A stretch of DNA of 64,000 nt from a virus, in the IMG/VR virus record IMGVR_UViG_3300032073_000022, positions 4,883 through 68,882 of that record, one strand, 5' to 3'. Both the position numbers and the translations under genes were made by a program. Below are positions 1 through 11,302 of the stretch, one piece after another (position 1 is the first letter of the stretch; each line of letters begins with the position of its first letter). Below the pieces are notes generated by a model that did no database searches, had not been told where the DNA came from, and saw nothing but the letters and a program-made list of their open reading frames with translations.

Positions 1-3000
1 TCTTACCGTAATCAGAGACGAATGTAGCGTTTAAGTTATGATCACCAAAGTTTGATAGGGTGGAAATTGATGGTTCAACCATTCCAACATTTATGCTGCT
101 AGGTTTAATTTTCTGTTTCCACTGCCAAGGTAAAAATTCGCTAACAATATCTTTTCCACTTCCAGTTCTTTCAAAGTAGAAGGCGGCTCCAGCACCACCC
201 TGTTGGCAAAGTTCTATGCCTGAGAAGTGTGGACTATTTGCTATCTTACCAAAGCCGTTTTGTATTTCGTGCCACTGTACTATTCCGCTTATTCCACTAG
301 CGGCGGTTTCAGCTCTAAAGGCGTTAAATGGAGTACCTACAATTAACTTCTCGTTTGTTATATCCACTGAGAAGCCAAACAGGTCACCCGGACAACCGGA
401 GTTATAATGTTCAAAATCAAGATAGTCGTGACCTGTAAGCTTCATAAGCTCAGGTATACCGCCCATATTATCTGCGTCTAACAAGAAATCCTTCTCTGTA
501 CCATCTATCTCATAAAGACCTTGATTTAAGAAGTCACCGCTAAATCTTGGATATATACCCCATTCTGGAACGACATCTTCTCCAAACCTTTTTATTTCCT
601 GTTCTATTTCTGATGGGAAAATCGGATCTGCTTGTCTTTCAAATCCGGGGTTAGCAGGATGATATGTATCTTCATTGTCATAATATTGATAGAGCTTATT
701 GTTTACTCCGCCTAATTGATATAGTGGGTGTATGGTATTTTGTATGCCTGAGATAGCATAGTACTTGGCGGCACTACCTCTTTCGGGGGCACGTAATTTC
801 TGCACAAACCTAAACGCTCGACCTTCAGTATCTCTGCTTATACCTAATCCGCCACCACCTACTGGGCCACCAGCATTTCCACCGTCGCCTTCTCTAGATG
901 CAGAAGATGGATAAAGACTTCTGATGAAATCTTGGTTCTCACCCGTGGAATCAGATCTATATTGAGGGCACTGCCCTTGTATCATAGTGGAGTCAGTTAT
1001 TAGAACGATTCTAGACCTAGAGTCTCCATTGACACCTTGTGAGAAGTGCTCAAACTCCTCGGCTGCTATGACTGGACCATCCTCTATTTCTGCTATGTCT
1101 CTTGGTGGGCAACACTCTTGGTTTTTAGGTGGAGGACAAGGAGGTGCAAACGGATTACAGTAAGGAGCACTAGGATGTTTGATTGGTCTAAACTCTCCCG
1201 GTATAACCCTTCTTTTTTCTGGTTCAAACCACTTTTCACAGTGAATAGTGAAAGGTGGATCACAAGGAACCTTTTTCTTTTCAATCTTGGTAGTGATCTC
1301 TGTTATTATTGGTAGAGGGCAACCAGAAACACTCATAATTCTTGGTGTGAGAGGTGGAAGACCTCGACCCTCTTCAATTTCTTTTTCGGGTACTAGGTGT
1401 GTATGTCCAACATCAAAAACAATGGTGACAAAGTCTTTCTTGGCCACAAAGTCAAAGATCTTTTGTGCTCCAGATTTTCCGGTTTTTGTTATATTAAAGA
1501 AGCCTTCTTGTCCGGCTCCTTCTGGGTTATTTGGATCAAACGAAACCTCGTCAAATGTGCAATTAAACGGATGGTGGTCATTGTTGGTTTCAGAAACCCA
1601 GTTTACAAATAGTCTGTAGCCAGACCCCGGCAAGGTAGGAACAACTAACGCAGACTGTGCCTGTATTTTGTAGAAATCGGGAACGTGCACCCTTTCTTCA
1701 AAAATTGGATCGGCGTAAGATATAATTCTCTTAAAGTCACCACCACCAGAGACTGGTATGTAATCGGTATGTTCAAAGCCACCGCCCTGCTCTTCTCCAA
1801 AGAAATCATAACCATGAGGCCAAAGAGCTACTTTATCAACTTTTGTGTCAACAGGTTCGAGTAAATGAGGTTCATAGAATCCATATCCATTTCTACAACC
1901 CGTTGTGGGAATAGTCTCAGGATTTACTATTTGTATAGCTTCGTCAGCACCTTCTGGTCCAGAGGGTGGATAATCCTGCTCGTTTCCATTTTTAACAAAT
2001 GTACTTTGTTGAATGAAATACTCACCTAAAGATGGGACGTAAAGGGGTCTACTCTTTAGTTTTAGCTCGTTCATTATATAGTCAACGTTCTCAGCAATCT
2101 CTTGTGCGTGTGGAGCATAGAGTGCTGAATAAGTTATGACTAATTTTTTCCTACCCCTAGATAAGAAGTTTCTTATTTTATTAAGCTGAAGATCATCTGG
2201 TTTGCCAAGTGGATTAGCAATCCATAATGTTGTGACCTCAGTTCCCGTAACCTTATCTGTATCGGGGAAATCTGCTGTTGGATCGGTCTCTACAAAATTC
2301 TCTTCCACTTCTATATTGTAGGCTTCAAACCTTTCTAACAATGCGTGTACTAGCTTATCCTCATCTAATGCTGAGTAAGCATCTTTGAATGAGGTTCTCT
2401 TTGTCCAGCCACCTAATTGTAAAATTTTACCGGTTGCTGAACAATCATCCTTGACCAAGTTTACATAGAAAAGAACGTTTTGATCGTCATTCTTAGAAGG
2501 TGTTTCTTCGTCACCAGTTATACCAAAGCTTCTCTCATTTTCACCTAGCACAGAAGCTATGACAACAACATCTGAATCAGTATCCTCTTGGAAATTACCG
2601 TCTTTATCGTAAAGAAGGAAAGATTCCTCAAGGGCTAAAATGCTATCATCCAACAGCTTGACTCTTGTGCGTACTTCTTTGCCACTATATAGCTCGCCAC
2701 GCCCCTGCAAGAATGCGTCTCTTCCATTCTTAGGTTCTGGATCTATAAAGTTACCAAGGCTGAAGCTAGAATACTTACCAGACAACTCGGAATTAGCATC
2801 TTCTTCTGCCGAGAAGAAAACAAAATCCTCGTTTAAACTAGCAAACTTTTTAGTAATAACATTTCTTTCTGTTATTTTGTCTTTGAAGCAAGGTATTTTT
2901 TCACAATTCTCTCCGCTTCTTGCTGGAATTATTATCACTTCGTCTGGTAAAAACTCAGCCGCAGTTAATAAAGGAACAATATCTTCGTTAGGTCTATTTA

Positions 3001-6000
3001 TAAAAGGCTTTGGACTTTCAGGGTAATTGTCACACGTTCTTGCTGGTACTCCACTGTTAGCAAAATGGAAAGGCCAGTTGCTCTTGTAAGGAACTTTTAC
3101 CTTTCTGTCACCAACAGTTTTTATACAGGATGACTGCCACTCTGCTCTAAGATCTCCCATGTGTTTAAGTGGCAGGTTGCATACATCGCTATTAGCTTCA
3201 TCACATGGTGAATGCTGTATAAAATCTTCCAAGTCTATATCTGAAAGATCTATTCTGATATCACCTACGCCCTTAGCAAACATATTAGATCTGCTAATGC
3301 TGGTGTCTCTTCCGTATTCTGGCTTGTGAGCTTTTGTTACATTGTACCTATCATTAAATACACCTTCTGACGATACACAGTCTGGTAGAGATTCATACTG
3401 AGTAGCAGCAGGAGTAATTCTCATGCGACAACCTAGTTTTTTCAATAGTCTATTGATAATTTTATTAGATTCTGAGTATAATCCATTCTCTTCGTATATA
3501 GGATCATTACCAACTAGAACCAAGGTTCTATCACCAAGTGCTAACCAATCTTTTATGTTCTGTACTTGCTCGTCACTGTCTGCATCTACTTCAGGTGTTA
3601 TAACAAACGCCAAGCCTACATCCCTAGGAATCTCTATCTCTTCAAACTCAGTTCTTCTAAATGGTAGCTTGGAAGGTTTAAAGTACAAGCCCATTTGATC
3701 GTAGAAACCTTGTTCACGTTCTTTTTCGTGAATACTTCTATCTAGGTTTCCAAACCTTGTAAACTCTACAACGCCGCTGTGAGGGAATATCTTTCTAGAC
3801 TCAAATATTCTGACAGCTCCAGCGTGAAGGTATGAAGCCCAAGTGTTTGCACCCTTGTACCAAACGTTGGTGTCCTCGAAAAGATTCATGGAGTCTGTGG
3901 GTGCTCCAAAGGCAACCGTGTTTCCATCGTCACTAGTACTGGTACTGTAACCTAGCCTTGTGGAACCCAAGAATGCTCCGGGTATGAAGGTCCACGTACC
4001 CGTTTCACGAACGTTGCGTTGACCGTAATTGAAGATAGGTTTATAAACTTCAATTTGATATTTTGTTCTTATTTCAAATCTTTGATCTGGGTTCAATTCG
4101 TGATAACTGACCCTTCTGGCTACATCCACGCCGGAGTCTGCCAGTATCATATTGAACTTCTCTACTCCCGAGCCTAAATATTGCAAGTAGTCGAGAACGT
4201 TTTTGAACATTCTATCGTTTTCTTTTTCGTCTCTTTCATAAATCTCACAGGATTGACCAACATAAGGTGAGCCTATTGAAATAATCTCAGCATTTTTACT
4301 TATGGATACGGCGTGCCCATATCTGTCGTTGTACTTAGCACCTCGTCCAAATACGTTATCATCGCCTATTGGATCGTCACCAACATCGAATGTAGATCTA
4401 TCTGCATATGATTTTATCTCTTGGATGCAGTTGAATACGCCGCTTTCTTTTTCAAAGATATAAACTCTACCACCAGAAGATGGAGGGATTTGGAATTCAT
4501 AAGCATCTTCTTGTGCCCATTTTTGACCAACGCCACTAGTGATGTATCTAAGAGCATCTTGTCTAATAAGATTACCAGAGTCCAGCGTTTTGTTTAATAG
4601 ATCAATAGAGGTTTCGGCCCAGTCTTCCGATGCACCTAAGATTTTGTTGAAATAGCCAGACTCTTTGTTGTGAGGCGGACTAATTTCTGGATCAATAACA
4701 CCGCTTGCGTAGGCGTAGTCATTATAGAAGTCGATAAAGTCATCTACAATATTGTTATTTGTGTTCTTATTATAGAATGCACCTAATCCGGCACTATTAC
4801 TTTTCTCTCTGAAGATACCCATGATTGGTGGTATACCGCTATGTGGCCCTTTGTAATAAGGGAACATAGATAAGAACTCTTCTTTTACACCGCTTGAAAT
4901 ACGATTATAGGTATGCTGTATGCCTTCAGCATCAGTTAATTTCTTATCGTCCATTCTAGATATGTATCTGTGACGGAAGAAGTCAGAATCATGATTAACA
5001 GGAGGTGTATCCTGACCAGTCCTAACCAGTTGGAATACAACCAATTTAATATCAAGCTCTGGTTGGAATTCGTAGTCTGTACCAGCAAACCAAGGTGCTG
5101 CAAAATATTTATATAATATATCCCACTTTCTAGCTCTGGAGGATATCTTCTCTACTTTTTTCTTATTGTAGTTGAACGAGTCAGTAAATACAACCATAGA
5201 TACCGGTAATCCGGATGTGGTTATGTCGCCAAACCCTCTTGTCCACTTAGCAAAAGGAGCACCGGCTACAACAACTTCTCTATCGCCGCTTGAGCATATA
5301 TCTAAGGAATAACCTAGCTGACGACCTTCTTGACCTATATTCCATTTCTTACCCGATATCGACCACTGGTCATAAGTAATCAGATTTGCAACGGTTCTTT
5401 CTACGTAATCTTTTCTGTAGCCAGAGGGAAGCATGAGCTTATCTTCCATCTTCCAATCAGCCTTTGTTCCGGCTACATCTGGACCTCTTCTGTATAAGAA
5501 TATTGCTCCAGCGTCGTCAATCTGAGATTCTTGCCCAGTAAAATAGTCGTTGAACGGAATCTGCAACTTAGGAGAGCTGATAGCCATGAGGTCATCCACA
5601 ACAGAAACAGCTCTACCGTATTGATCTCCTAGATTTCTTCCTGAGACAGGCGTTGCGTCTCTTGCGTCAATGGGGTATGTAGAATCAACTAACGGATAAT
5701 CACCGATGAGTTTTACACCAGAGTAAACTAAACTCTTACCATCGCACCCATCGTTACAACAACCGCTATTGCCCCCAGCGTCAACAAAGTGTTCAGGACC
5801 ACAATGGCCATACTCCCAATCTTCAAACTCTCTTGGTACATCAATTGGGTTTGTATGTCCGGTTACTATGTTAAGGGTAGCTTGAAATGGTGACCCCGGA
5901 GTTAATCCAGTGTACCTTCTCATTCCGTAATAATTTCCGCTGTAACCAACAGTGTCACCAAATCCAGCAGCATTTTCATTGCTATAGGTAGCGGTTGCTC

Positions 6001-9000
6001 TAAATATACCACCCTCTTCACAAGTCTTAGGTCTCCAGATTGTATCGTGAGTTGCTATTGGTTCTTCAAATGCTTTATCAGGACTATTACCGGTGCAAGA
6101 GCCATATCCGAATAGATCAACAGCCCTTATTTCGTTACCAACAGGAACAGCAGCGTAAGCATTGTCAATCTCGCTTATCGGTGTACCATAATTATTATTA
6201 TACCACATTATGTAGTCAGAACCAGTGCCGCCGTAGTTTGCGGTGAATAGGTTTAACCCAGTAATCGTACCGCCGTCTTCGGACGCCAACTCAGTACTTG
6301 CCTCTTTCTTGACATTTAATATATGCAGAGGCATCGTAACGCTTATATTGTTTGGCGTATCTATGAAGAGAGTCATAGAAGAAGATGGGAATCTGTTTAT
6401 AGGTGAACTAGTCCCCAAGATGTTAAGTGGGGCAATACCACTAGAAGATCCATCAATACCACCAGAATGACGACCGGCTATAAAGTTATTAAACGGAATA
6501 GCTCTTAATCCAGTTGTACCGCTAGCCACGTTTCCTTCAGCCGCATAGACAAATAAGTCTAGGTAGCCTCCAGAAGGCAAATTAGTCTTGTCGCCATTTT
6601 CAATATATAAAGGAACTTTTACATTTTCATGACCAATAACTTTTGGAATGACAAGATTAAATTGATTACTATCGGGACTAATATTCCTTATTTCACCCTT
6701 GGTGTATAAGAACATACCCTTTGGATTCCAAGAGCTATCGGCTGTCGCGGTAGACTCAGAGAACAAGCTAAACTGTTCTTGTATACGATTTGCACCACTC
6801 AAGTTTAGGGGCATTACACGGTCAGGCTGAGAGAGAGCACCGGAAGCAAAAAGGATTCCAGAGTTAAAGTGCTGTATCCCGCCACCGCTAAGTGCCACGG
6901 AGAGGTGCGTATTCAGCACATTACCACCACTAGCAAATATATTTAAATTACCAAACTTGCTTTGTTTGTTTATATTTGCATGATCCATTCTAACGTGAGC
7001 ACTATGTATATTAACTGTAGACTTGAATGGTGGGCCTGATGGGTAGACAATATCATATTGCAAGAACATGTCATCTACATCGTCTGAGAAATACCTTTCC
7101 CCAAAGTCCTTATATCTAGGCTCATTAGGAAATAATGCCCACTGCTCCGACTCATCAGTAAGTGAATCATAATCAAATTTACTGCTAAACTTGATCATAC
7201 TGCTTGATGCGGGTATGTAGTGAATATCTCTATTTATCAATCCCCAGTTAGGTTCGTCAGTGCTCCATCTTGGCTCTTGACGTTTTGTGTAAAGGCTGAC
7301 AATTAACTTAGGCCCATAGAAGCTTTCATACGTATGTCTATGCTCGTCGCATATCATTTTTGCTGTAGGTAAGCACTTGCCCCAAGATATAATGTTATCA
7401 GTTTCATGTTCTAATATTGTATCTACAACAAGGGCATCTTCTGTAAACTTATAATCTTGCGGAAGACTCTTGGTGATTCTTCTGTGAACAGAATGAAAAT
7501 TACTTGGCGTATCTGACAAGTGGAATCTTAGGAAGTCGTTTTCTATTTGCGTGTGATATGCAACGCCGCTGTCTACATTTGTAGGCATAGCATAGCTTGC
7601 ACGCTCTATATATCCAGATCCATGATGGCTTATGTGGAAGCTAATAAGATCTCTACCCTTTCTCTTACCTACGGAGCTACCCAATGAAGAGAATGAGTGA
7701 GTAAATTCTTTATATTGGAAATCTCCAAGAGACCAATCTGCGGTAGTATCTTCGTTTACATAATTCCAAAGCTCATAAGTATCTGTGTTGTAATTTTCTC
7801 CCGGCTCATAAAACTTAGATCTTATACCGTTAAAGAACTCTTCTGCTGTTACTTGTTTATGTGTTCTATCGGGATTTGCTTCAACTATATTCGTTCCGGA
7901 GCCATATGGGTAGATAACTTCTGCTCCGCTATCGACACCAGACTCCCAAGTGGACATTCCAAAATCAGTAACGAACATATTAAACCCGACACCAGAACCG
8001 GGGGACCAACCTATCGTTACCTCTGGGGCGGCGGAGCCATCACTAGTTGTTACATGAGCCTTTCTGAATTTTGCTGATTCAGCTCTTAGGTAAACATGTT
8101 CACCATCAAAATCATCGCTAAACGCTTCTGTTAGGGTGTGCTTATTGGCTTCATTGTCAGTATATAATTTTAATCCGCTCTGATTGTTATCATTGTAGGT
8201 AAGAAGTATGGACAATGGATATTGATACGCGTGGTATTTCAGTGTATCCTGTATCTGTATCACATTTTCTTCAAAGTCTTTAGCGTATGCTGTGAGATAG
8301 CCATCTTTGTATCCAAGTGCCCAATCTAGATCGTTTGCAACCTCCCACTTGGAAAGAAGAACGCCGGAATCAAATAAGTTGTAATTAACACCGCTAACAT
8401 TTTGGTCTGGAGAAAATCTTAAGAATACAGAGAATCCGCCAGAAGTATCTATTATACTATCGTCGGAAGAGAGATCAAAATACTTGCCTCCAGCTTGACC
8501 GGAGACCCTAACTGCTGTATCAAACGCGTCAGCGATCTTACCGTAAAGATCGTCATTTTGGAAGTTATATATACCGGTTGCGTATGATGTCCAGTCTATA
8601 GTTTCGTACGAAGTTGTATAATCTGGAAGGTGTTTTTCAAATAGTGTTCCAGAGCTAAATCTCCAGCCAATATTTTTAACGATGTCAAACTGGTAGTTGC
8701 CATTTCTGAGTTCTAGAGTAGAATTATTATGGGTGCCAGAACCCATTAGGTTCAAACCCTTATTTCTATTTAAGAAGTTGGTTGGGCCGCTAGATGCGTC
8801 TCTATCATTGAAGTCGTAATAACCTAGTTTGAATGGGAAAGGCACATGGCGGTTTTCAAACCCAAAGTCAAACATATCCACATCGAATGGGCCGACAACG
8901 GTTCCAACTTGACCACGCCATCTTCTTGAGTAATTGGTCTTTATACTAGACGGTGTTGTGTAGGCATTAGGTATGCCGGATATGAACGAGATAGGGTGAT

Positions 9001-11290
9001 AACCAGAGCCAGCATTGAGGATAGCATCATCAGATGAACCTCTAGGTATTGGGAATATCTTAGTTTCAGATCTCTCCCTGTTAACCGTTCGGATATGCTC
9101 ACCACCCTGTATAGACATCATGAAGGCGTCTTGAGGTGCGAACCTTACAAGAAGGTGAATATCCGCTATTGTGGCACCGCTTGGAAGTGGGTATATATCT
9201 AAATACAAATGCTCAAACATTGAGCTAATATCATATCTTCTCGATAGCCCGACTTTAACCTTGTCGTCAAATATTTTTAGGGGAACCTCGTAGTCTACAA
9301 AGTCAGTAGTAGAAACGATTGGGTAAGTAGCTAATGAGTAGTGATCTCCCCCAGCGTTCCCGCTAGCTCTAAAGTGTTCATCTTTTTCAGACAAGCTGTC
9401 GCCGCCTAGAGCAAAATCATTACTATGATGCTTGAACCCTGAAGAGAATGGGTGGTATCCCTCACTGGCGAAGATAACGTTGTTTACTTGAACACCGGAG
9501 GGGTTTTGCAAAAATCCACTTGGTGCCTTGGTTACGTTTAAGATTTTGTCGTCACTGTAACCTACAACATCTAAGGCAAAGTTTCTAACGTCAGAGTTCT
9601 CTTTCTTCGCTTTTACCTTTAATGTAACAGAGTCTACAGTAAAGTAACCGTTCTTGCCAGCTACACGCTTTTTGTTTTCTGTCTTAAACGCACCGCTGGG
9701 TGAGTACCAAGAATTAGCAAGTGACTGATCAAAACCATAATGGAACGGCCCCTGAGTAACCTCGTTTAGAAGATCATTACTTGGTGTAAACTTTAACGTT
9801 AACTTACCAGAGTCTAAATGCGGACCAATAGTGTGTAGGGTAGCGTATGTTTCTTTTCTGCCGTCAGAGATATTTTTAACAATGTGTTCTGAACCGCACT
9901 CATCTTGATTGGTTGTAGAGGTAAGATCGTTGGGATACCATATACTACTAACTGAAGGCCAGATACCAGTGTCGAATGTGGCTATAGGCATGAAGTTAGG
10001 ATAAATCTTTTTCTCTAATCTTCTACCCTTTACAGGAACCTGCGTAAACAATCTGAGGTAATTTTCTGGTCTAGGACCATGACCCTCACCAAAAGCGAAG
10101 AGACCACTATTGCAAATTTCTATAGCGGTTATGCGTATATTGTTAGCTGGATTTATTAGGGTGGAGTCCTGAGTGGACATCGGCGTGCCATCTAGGGCAA
10201 GATAATCACTACCACTAGCATGACTGTTAACCAGAAGATGTCTATCTTCAAAACCTCCATCAAAACCTTCTGTAAAAGCCTCGTCAAGTGCTTCAATATT
10301 AACATCAAATGTTATTACGTAATCTTGTTTTTGATGCATGGAAGGATAGCCGTCCTGCCATTCATAAAGATCTCTGACTAAGTTTTTCTTTGGTGCTGAA
10401 GAAAATACGGTAAGGTTAACGTCTGTATGTCTTGGTTTTGAAAAAGCCTTACTAAATCTAGACTTTGAGAAATGACCCGGATGAGAGTCCATCTTAGACT
10501 GATCACTGTCACCACGAAACACAATGTCTTCGTAGTGGACAATGAGTTTGCCGTTGGGATCTAATAATTTAATATTACTAACGGTGTATCTAGGTGGCCT
10601 TTCGGAAACATAGTTCGTAAGGGGTGCCGACGCACGCATCCTGAATCTTGTTTCATCTGGTCTTATCAATACATTACTGACCTTAGCTTTGTATTGAAAA
10701 TCACCGTCTGTATCAAAGGTGAGAGGTTGAATAAAATCTGAGTCGTCTGCAACAACAAGACCTTGACCTAGGTGTTCATCATAGTCTTTTGTAAAAACAC
10801 CTTCATCTATAAGTGTATATAAGTTTTCAGTCTCTTTGTAAGGACCAACAAACTTTCCAAACTTTACATCTGTGGCGACATCTGAGACAGGGAAAAGTTT
10901 TTGAAGGCAATTGTAGTCACCAAAATCACCAACATATTTTTCTACATTTGTATTTTTAAGCTCAGTTTCCGCAAATATTTGTTGCCTGTCTGAATAATTT
11001 GCTGTCAGACCATGTTTGTATATATCTCCCTCACCAACTGGGTTGATTGGTAGATTGTATCCAGCACTCAAGTGTTTTCTATGAAGACTGCCTTCAGCAG
11101 TAATCACTTGCTTTGCAGTTCTTACACGGGTGGCATTATCAGAAATTGTTGCTTCCGCAACGAGTTTTGCCCTCAGAGCGGCGGGTTTACAAGTTAATTT
11201 ACCTGAGAGTGCAGCGGTGGACGAAAAGGTTTTTGAAGCCTTTTTCACGCATAGACACTCTAAAAATACTAGTTCTTTTCTAGGTTCCAT
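1..11290 (-). CDS. Giant tail-tip/adhesin protein (>3,760 aa, C-terminus beyond left edge) with FG-GAP repeats, LamG-like and GIFT/DUF4350-like segments
   Basis: Absent from the ORF track. ATG at 11290 (MEPRKELVFLECLCVKK...), 12 nt after the tape measure stop. Every segment I translated is in the same frame, down to the edge (...NFGDHNLNATFVSDYGK). FG-GAP-like motifs: GDQYGRAVSVVDDLMAISSP (~5600), LGYSLDICSSGDREVVVAGAP (~5290), RYGHAVSIVKNAEIISIGSPY (~4300), LGYSTSTSDDGNTVAFGAP (~3930), GDLFGFSVDITNEKLIVGTP (~370). LamG-like FSVFLRFSP...LLSKW...LKLYTD at ~8150-8450. Confidence 0.8.
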   Translation of the reverse strand, partial: MEPRKELVFLECLCVKKASKTFSSTAALSGKLTCKPAALRAKLVAEATISDNATRVRTAKQVITAEGSLHRKHLSAGYNLPINPVGEGDIYKHGLTANYSDRQQIFAETELKNTNVEKYVGDFGDYNCLQKLFPVSDVATDVKFGKFVGPYKETENLYTLIDEGVFTKDYDEHLGQGLVVADDSDFIQPLTFDTDGDFQYKAKVSNVLIRPDETRFRMRASAPLTNYVSERPPRYTVSNIKLLDPNGKLIVHYEDIVFRGDSDQSKMDSHPGHFSKSRFSKAFSKPRHTDVNLTVFSSAPKKNLVRDLYEWQDGYPSMHQKQDYVITFDVNIEALDEAFTEGFDGGFEDRHLLVNSHASGSDYLALDGTPMSTQDSTLINPANNIRITAIEICNSGLFAFGEGHGPRPENYLRLFTQVPVKGRRLEKKIYPNFMPIATFDTGIWPSVSSIWYPNDLTSTTNQDECGSEHIVKNISDGRKETYATLHTIGPHLDSGKLTLKFTPSNDLLNEVTQGPFHYGFDQSLANSWYSPSGAFKTENKKRVAGKNGYFTVDSVTLKVKAKKENSDVRNFALDVVGYSDDKILNVTKAPSGFLQNPSGVQVNNVIFASEGYHPFSSGFKHHSNDFALGGDSLSEKDEHFRASGNAGGDHYSLATYPIVSTTDFVDYEVPLKIFDDKVKVGLSRRYDISSMFEHLYLDIYPLPSGATIADIHLLVRFAPQDAFMMSIQGGEHIRTVNRERSETKIFPIPRGSSDDAILNAGSGYHPISFISGIPNAYTTPSSIKTNYSRRWRGQVGTVVGPFDVDMFDFGFENRHVPFPFKLGYYDFNDRDASSGPTNFLNRNKGLNLMGSGTHNNSTLELRNGNYQFDIVKNIGWRFSSGTLFEKHLPDYTTSYETIDWTSYATGIYNFQNDDLYGKIADAFDTAVRVSGQAGGKYFDLSSDDSIIDTSGGFSVFLRFSPDQNVSGVNYNLFDSGVLLSKWEVANDLDWALGYKDGYLTAYAKDFEENVIQIQDTLKYHAYQYPLSILLTYNDNNQSGLKLYTDNEANKHTLTEAFSDDFDGEHVYLRAESAKFRKAHVTTSDGSAAPEVTIGWSPGSGVGFNMFVTDFGMSTWESGVDSGAEVIYPYGSGTNIVEANPDRTHKQVTAEEFFNGIRSKFYEPGENYNTDTYELWNYVNEDTTADWSLGDFQYKEFTHSFSSLGSSVGKRKGRDLISFHISHHGSGYIERASYAMPTNVDSGVAYHTQIENDFLRFHLSDTPSNFHSVHRRITKSLPQDYKFTEDALVVDTILEHETDNIISWGKCLPTAKMICDEHRHTYESFYGPKLIVSLYTKRQEPRWSTDEPNWGLINRDIHYIPASSSMIKFSSKFDYDSLTDESEQWALFPNEPRYKDFGERYFSDDVDDMFLQYDIVYPSGPPFKSTVNIHSAHVRMDHANINKQSKFGNLNIFASGGNVLNTHLSVALSGGGIQHFNSGILFASGALSQPDRVMPLNLSGANRIQEQFSLFSESTATADSSWNPKGMFLYTKGEIRNISPDSNQFNLVIPKVIGHENVKVPLYIENGDKTNLPSGGYLDLFVYAAEGNVASGTTGLRAIPFNNFIAGRHSGGIDGSSSGIAPLNILGTSSPINRFPSSSMTLFIDTPNNISVTMPLHILNVKKEASTELASEDGGTITGLNLFTANYGGTGSDYIMWYNNNYGTPISEIDNAYAAVPVGNEIRAVDLFGYGSCTGNSPDKAFEEPIATHDTIWRPKTCEEGGIFRATATYSNENAAGFGDTVGYSGNYYGMRRYTGLTPGSPFQATLNIVTGHTNPIDVPREFEDWEYGHCGPEHFVDAGGNSGCCNDGCDGKSLVYSGVKLIGDYPLVDSTYPIDARDATPVSGRNLGDQYGRAVSVVDDLMAISSPKLQIPFNDYFTGQESQIDDAGAIFLYRRGPDVAGTKADWKMEDKLMLPSGYRKDYVERTVANLITYDQWSISGKKWNIGQEGRQLGYSLDICSSGDREVVVAGAPFAKWTRGFGDITTSGLPVSMVVFTDSFNYNKKKVEKISSRARKWDILYKYFAAPWFAGTDYEFQPELDIKLVVFQLVRTGQDTPPVNHDSDFFRHRYISRMDDKKLTDAEGIQHTYNRISSGVKEEFLSMFPYYKGPHSGIPPIMGIFREKSNSAGLGAFYNKNTNNNIVDDFIDFYNDYAYASGVIDPEISPPHNKESGYFNKILGASEDWAETSIDLLNKTLDSGNLIRQDALRYITSGVGQKWAQEDAYEFQIPPSSGGRVYIFEKESGVFNCIQEIKSYADRSTFDVGDDPIGDDNVFGRGAKYNDRYGHAVSISKNAEIISIGSPYVGQSCEIYERDEKENDRMFKNVLDYLQYLGSGVEKFNMILADSGVDVARRVSYHELNPDQRFEIRTKYQIEVYKPIFNYGQRNVRETGTWTFIPGAFLGSTRLGYSTSTSDDGNTVAFGAPTDSMNLFEDTNVWYKGANTWASYLHAGAVRIFESRKIFPHSGVVEFTRFGNLDRSIHEKEREQGFYDQMGLYFKPSKLPFRRTEFEEIEIPRDVGLAFVITPEVDADSDEQVQNIKDWLALGDRTLVLVGNDPIYEENGLYSESNKIINRLLKKLGCRMRITPAATQYESLPDCVSSEGVFNDRYNVTKAHKPEYGRDTSISRSNMFAKGVGDIRIDLSDIDLEDFIQHSPCDEANSDVCNLPLKHMGDLRAEWQSSCIKTVGDRKVKVPYKSNWPFHFANSGVPARTCDNYPESPKPFINRPNEDIVPLLTAAEFLPDEVIIIPARSGENCEKIPCFKDKITERNVITKKFASLNEDFVFFSAEEDANSELSGKYSSFSLGNFIDPEPKNGRDAFLQGRGELYSGKEVRTRVKLLDDSILALEESFLLYDKDGNFQEDTDSDVVVIASVLGENERSFGITGDEETPSKNDDQNVLFYVNLVKDDCSATGKILQLGGWTKRTSFKDAYSALDEDKLVHALLERFEAYNIEVEENFVETDPTADFPDTDKVTGTEVTTLWIANPLGKPDDLQLNKIRNFLSRGRKKLVITYSALYAPHAQEIAENVDYIMNELKLKSRPLYVPSLGEYFIQQSTFVKNGNEQDYPPSGPEGADEAIQIVNPETIPTTGCRNGYGFYEPHLLEPVDTKVDKVALWPHGYDFFGEEQGGGFEHTDYIPVSGGGDFKRIISYADPIFEERVHVPDFYKIQAQSALVVPTLPGSGYRLFVNWVSETNNDHHPFNCTFDEVSFDPNNPEGAGQEGFFNITKTGKSGAQKIFDFVAKKDFVTIVFDVGHTHLVPEKEIEEGRGLPPLTPRIMSVSGCPLPIITEITTKIEKKKVPCDPPFTIHCEKWFEPEKRRVIPGEFRPIKHPSAPYCNPFAPPCPPPKNQECCPPRDIAEIEDGPVIAAEEFEHFSQGVNGDSRSRIVLITDSTMIQGQCPQYRSDSTGENQDFIRSLYPSSASREGDGGNAGGPVGGGGLGISRDTEGRAFRFVQKLRAPERGSAAKYYAISGIQNTIHPLYQLGGVNNKLYQYYDNEDTYHPANPGFERQADPIFPSEIEQEIKRFGEDVVPEWGIYPRFSGDFLNQGLYEIDGTEKDFLLDADNMGGIPELMKLTGHDYLDFEHYNSGCPGDLFGFSVDITNEKLIVGTPFNAFRAETAASGISGIVQWHEIQNGFGKIANSPHFSGIELCQQGGAGAAFYFERTGSGKDIVSEFLPWQWKQKIKPSSINVGMVEPSISTLSNFGDHNLNATFVSDYGK

Positions 11291-11302
11291 ATCCCTACCT
11301 GA

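Noticed and set aside
1093-1284. 63-aa minus-strand ORF
   Set aside because: Out-of-frame overlap inside the giant tail-tip gene.
1-11290. Apparent 11-kb gene desert, possible ncRNA region or stop-codon recoding
   Set aside because: Explained by a single standard-code minus-strand ORF lacking a stop inside the window. Other genes end normally in TAA, TAG or TGA.
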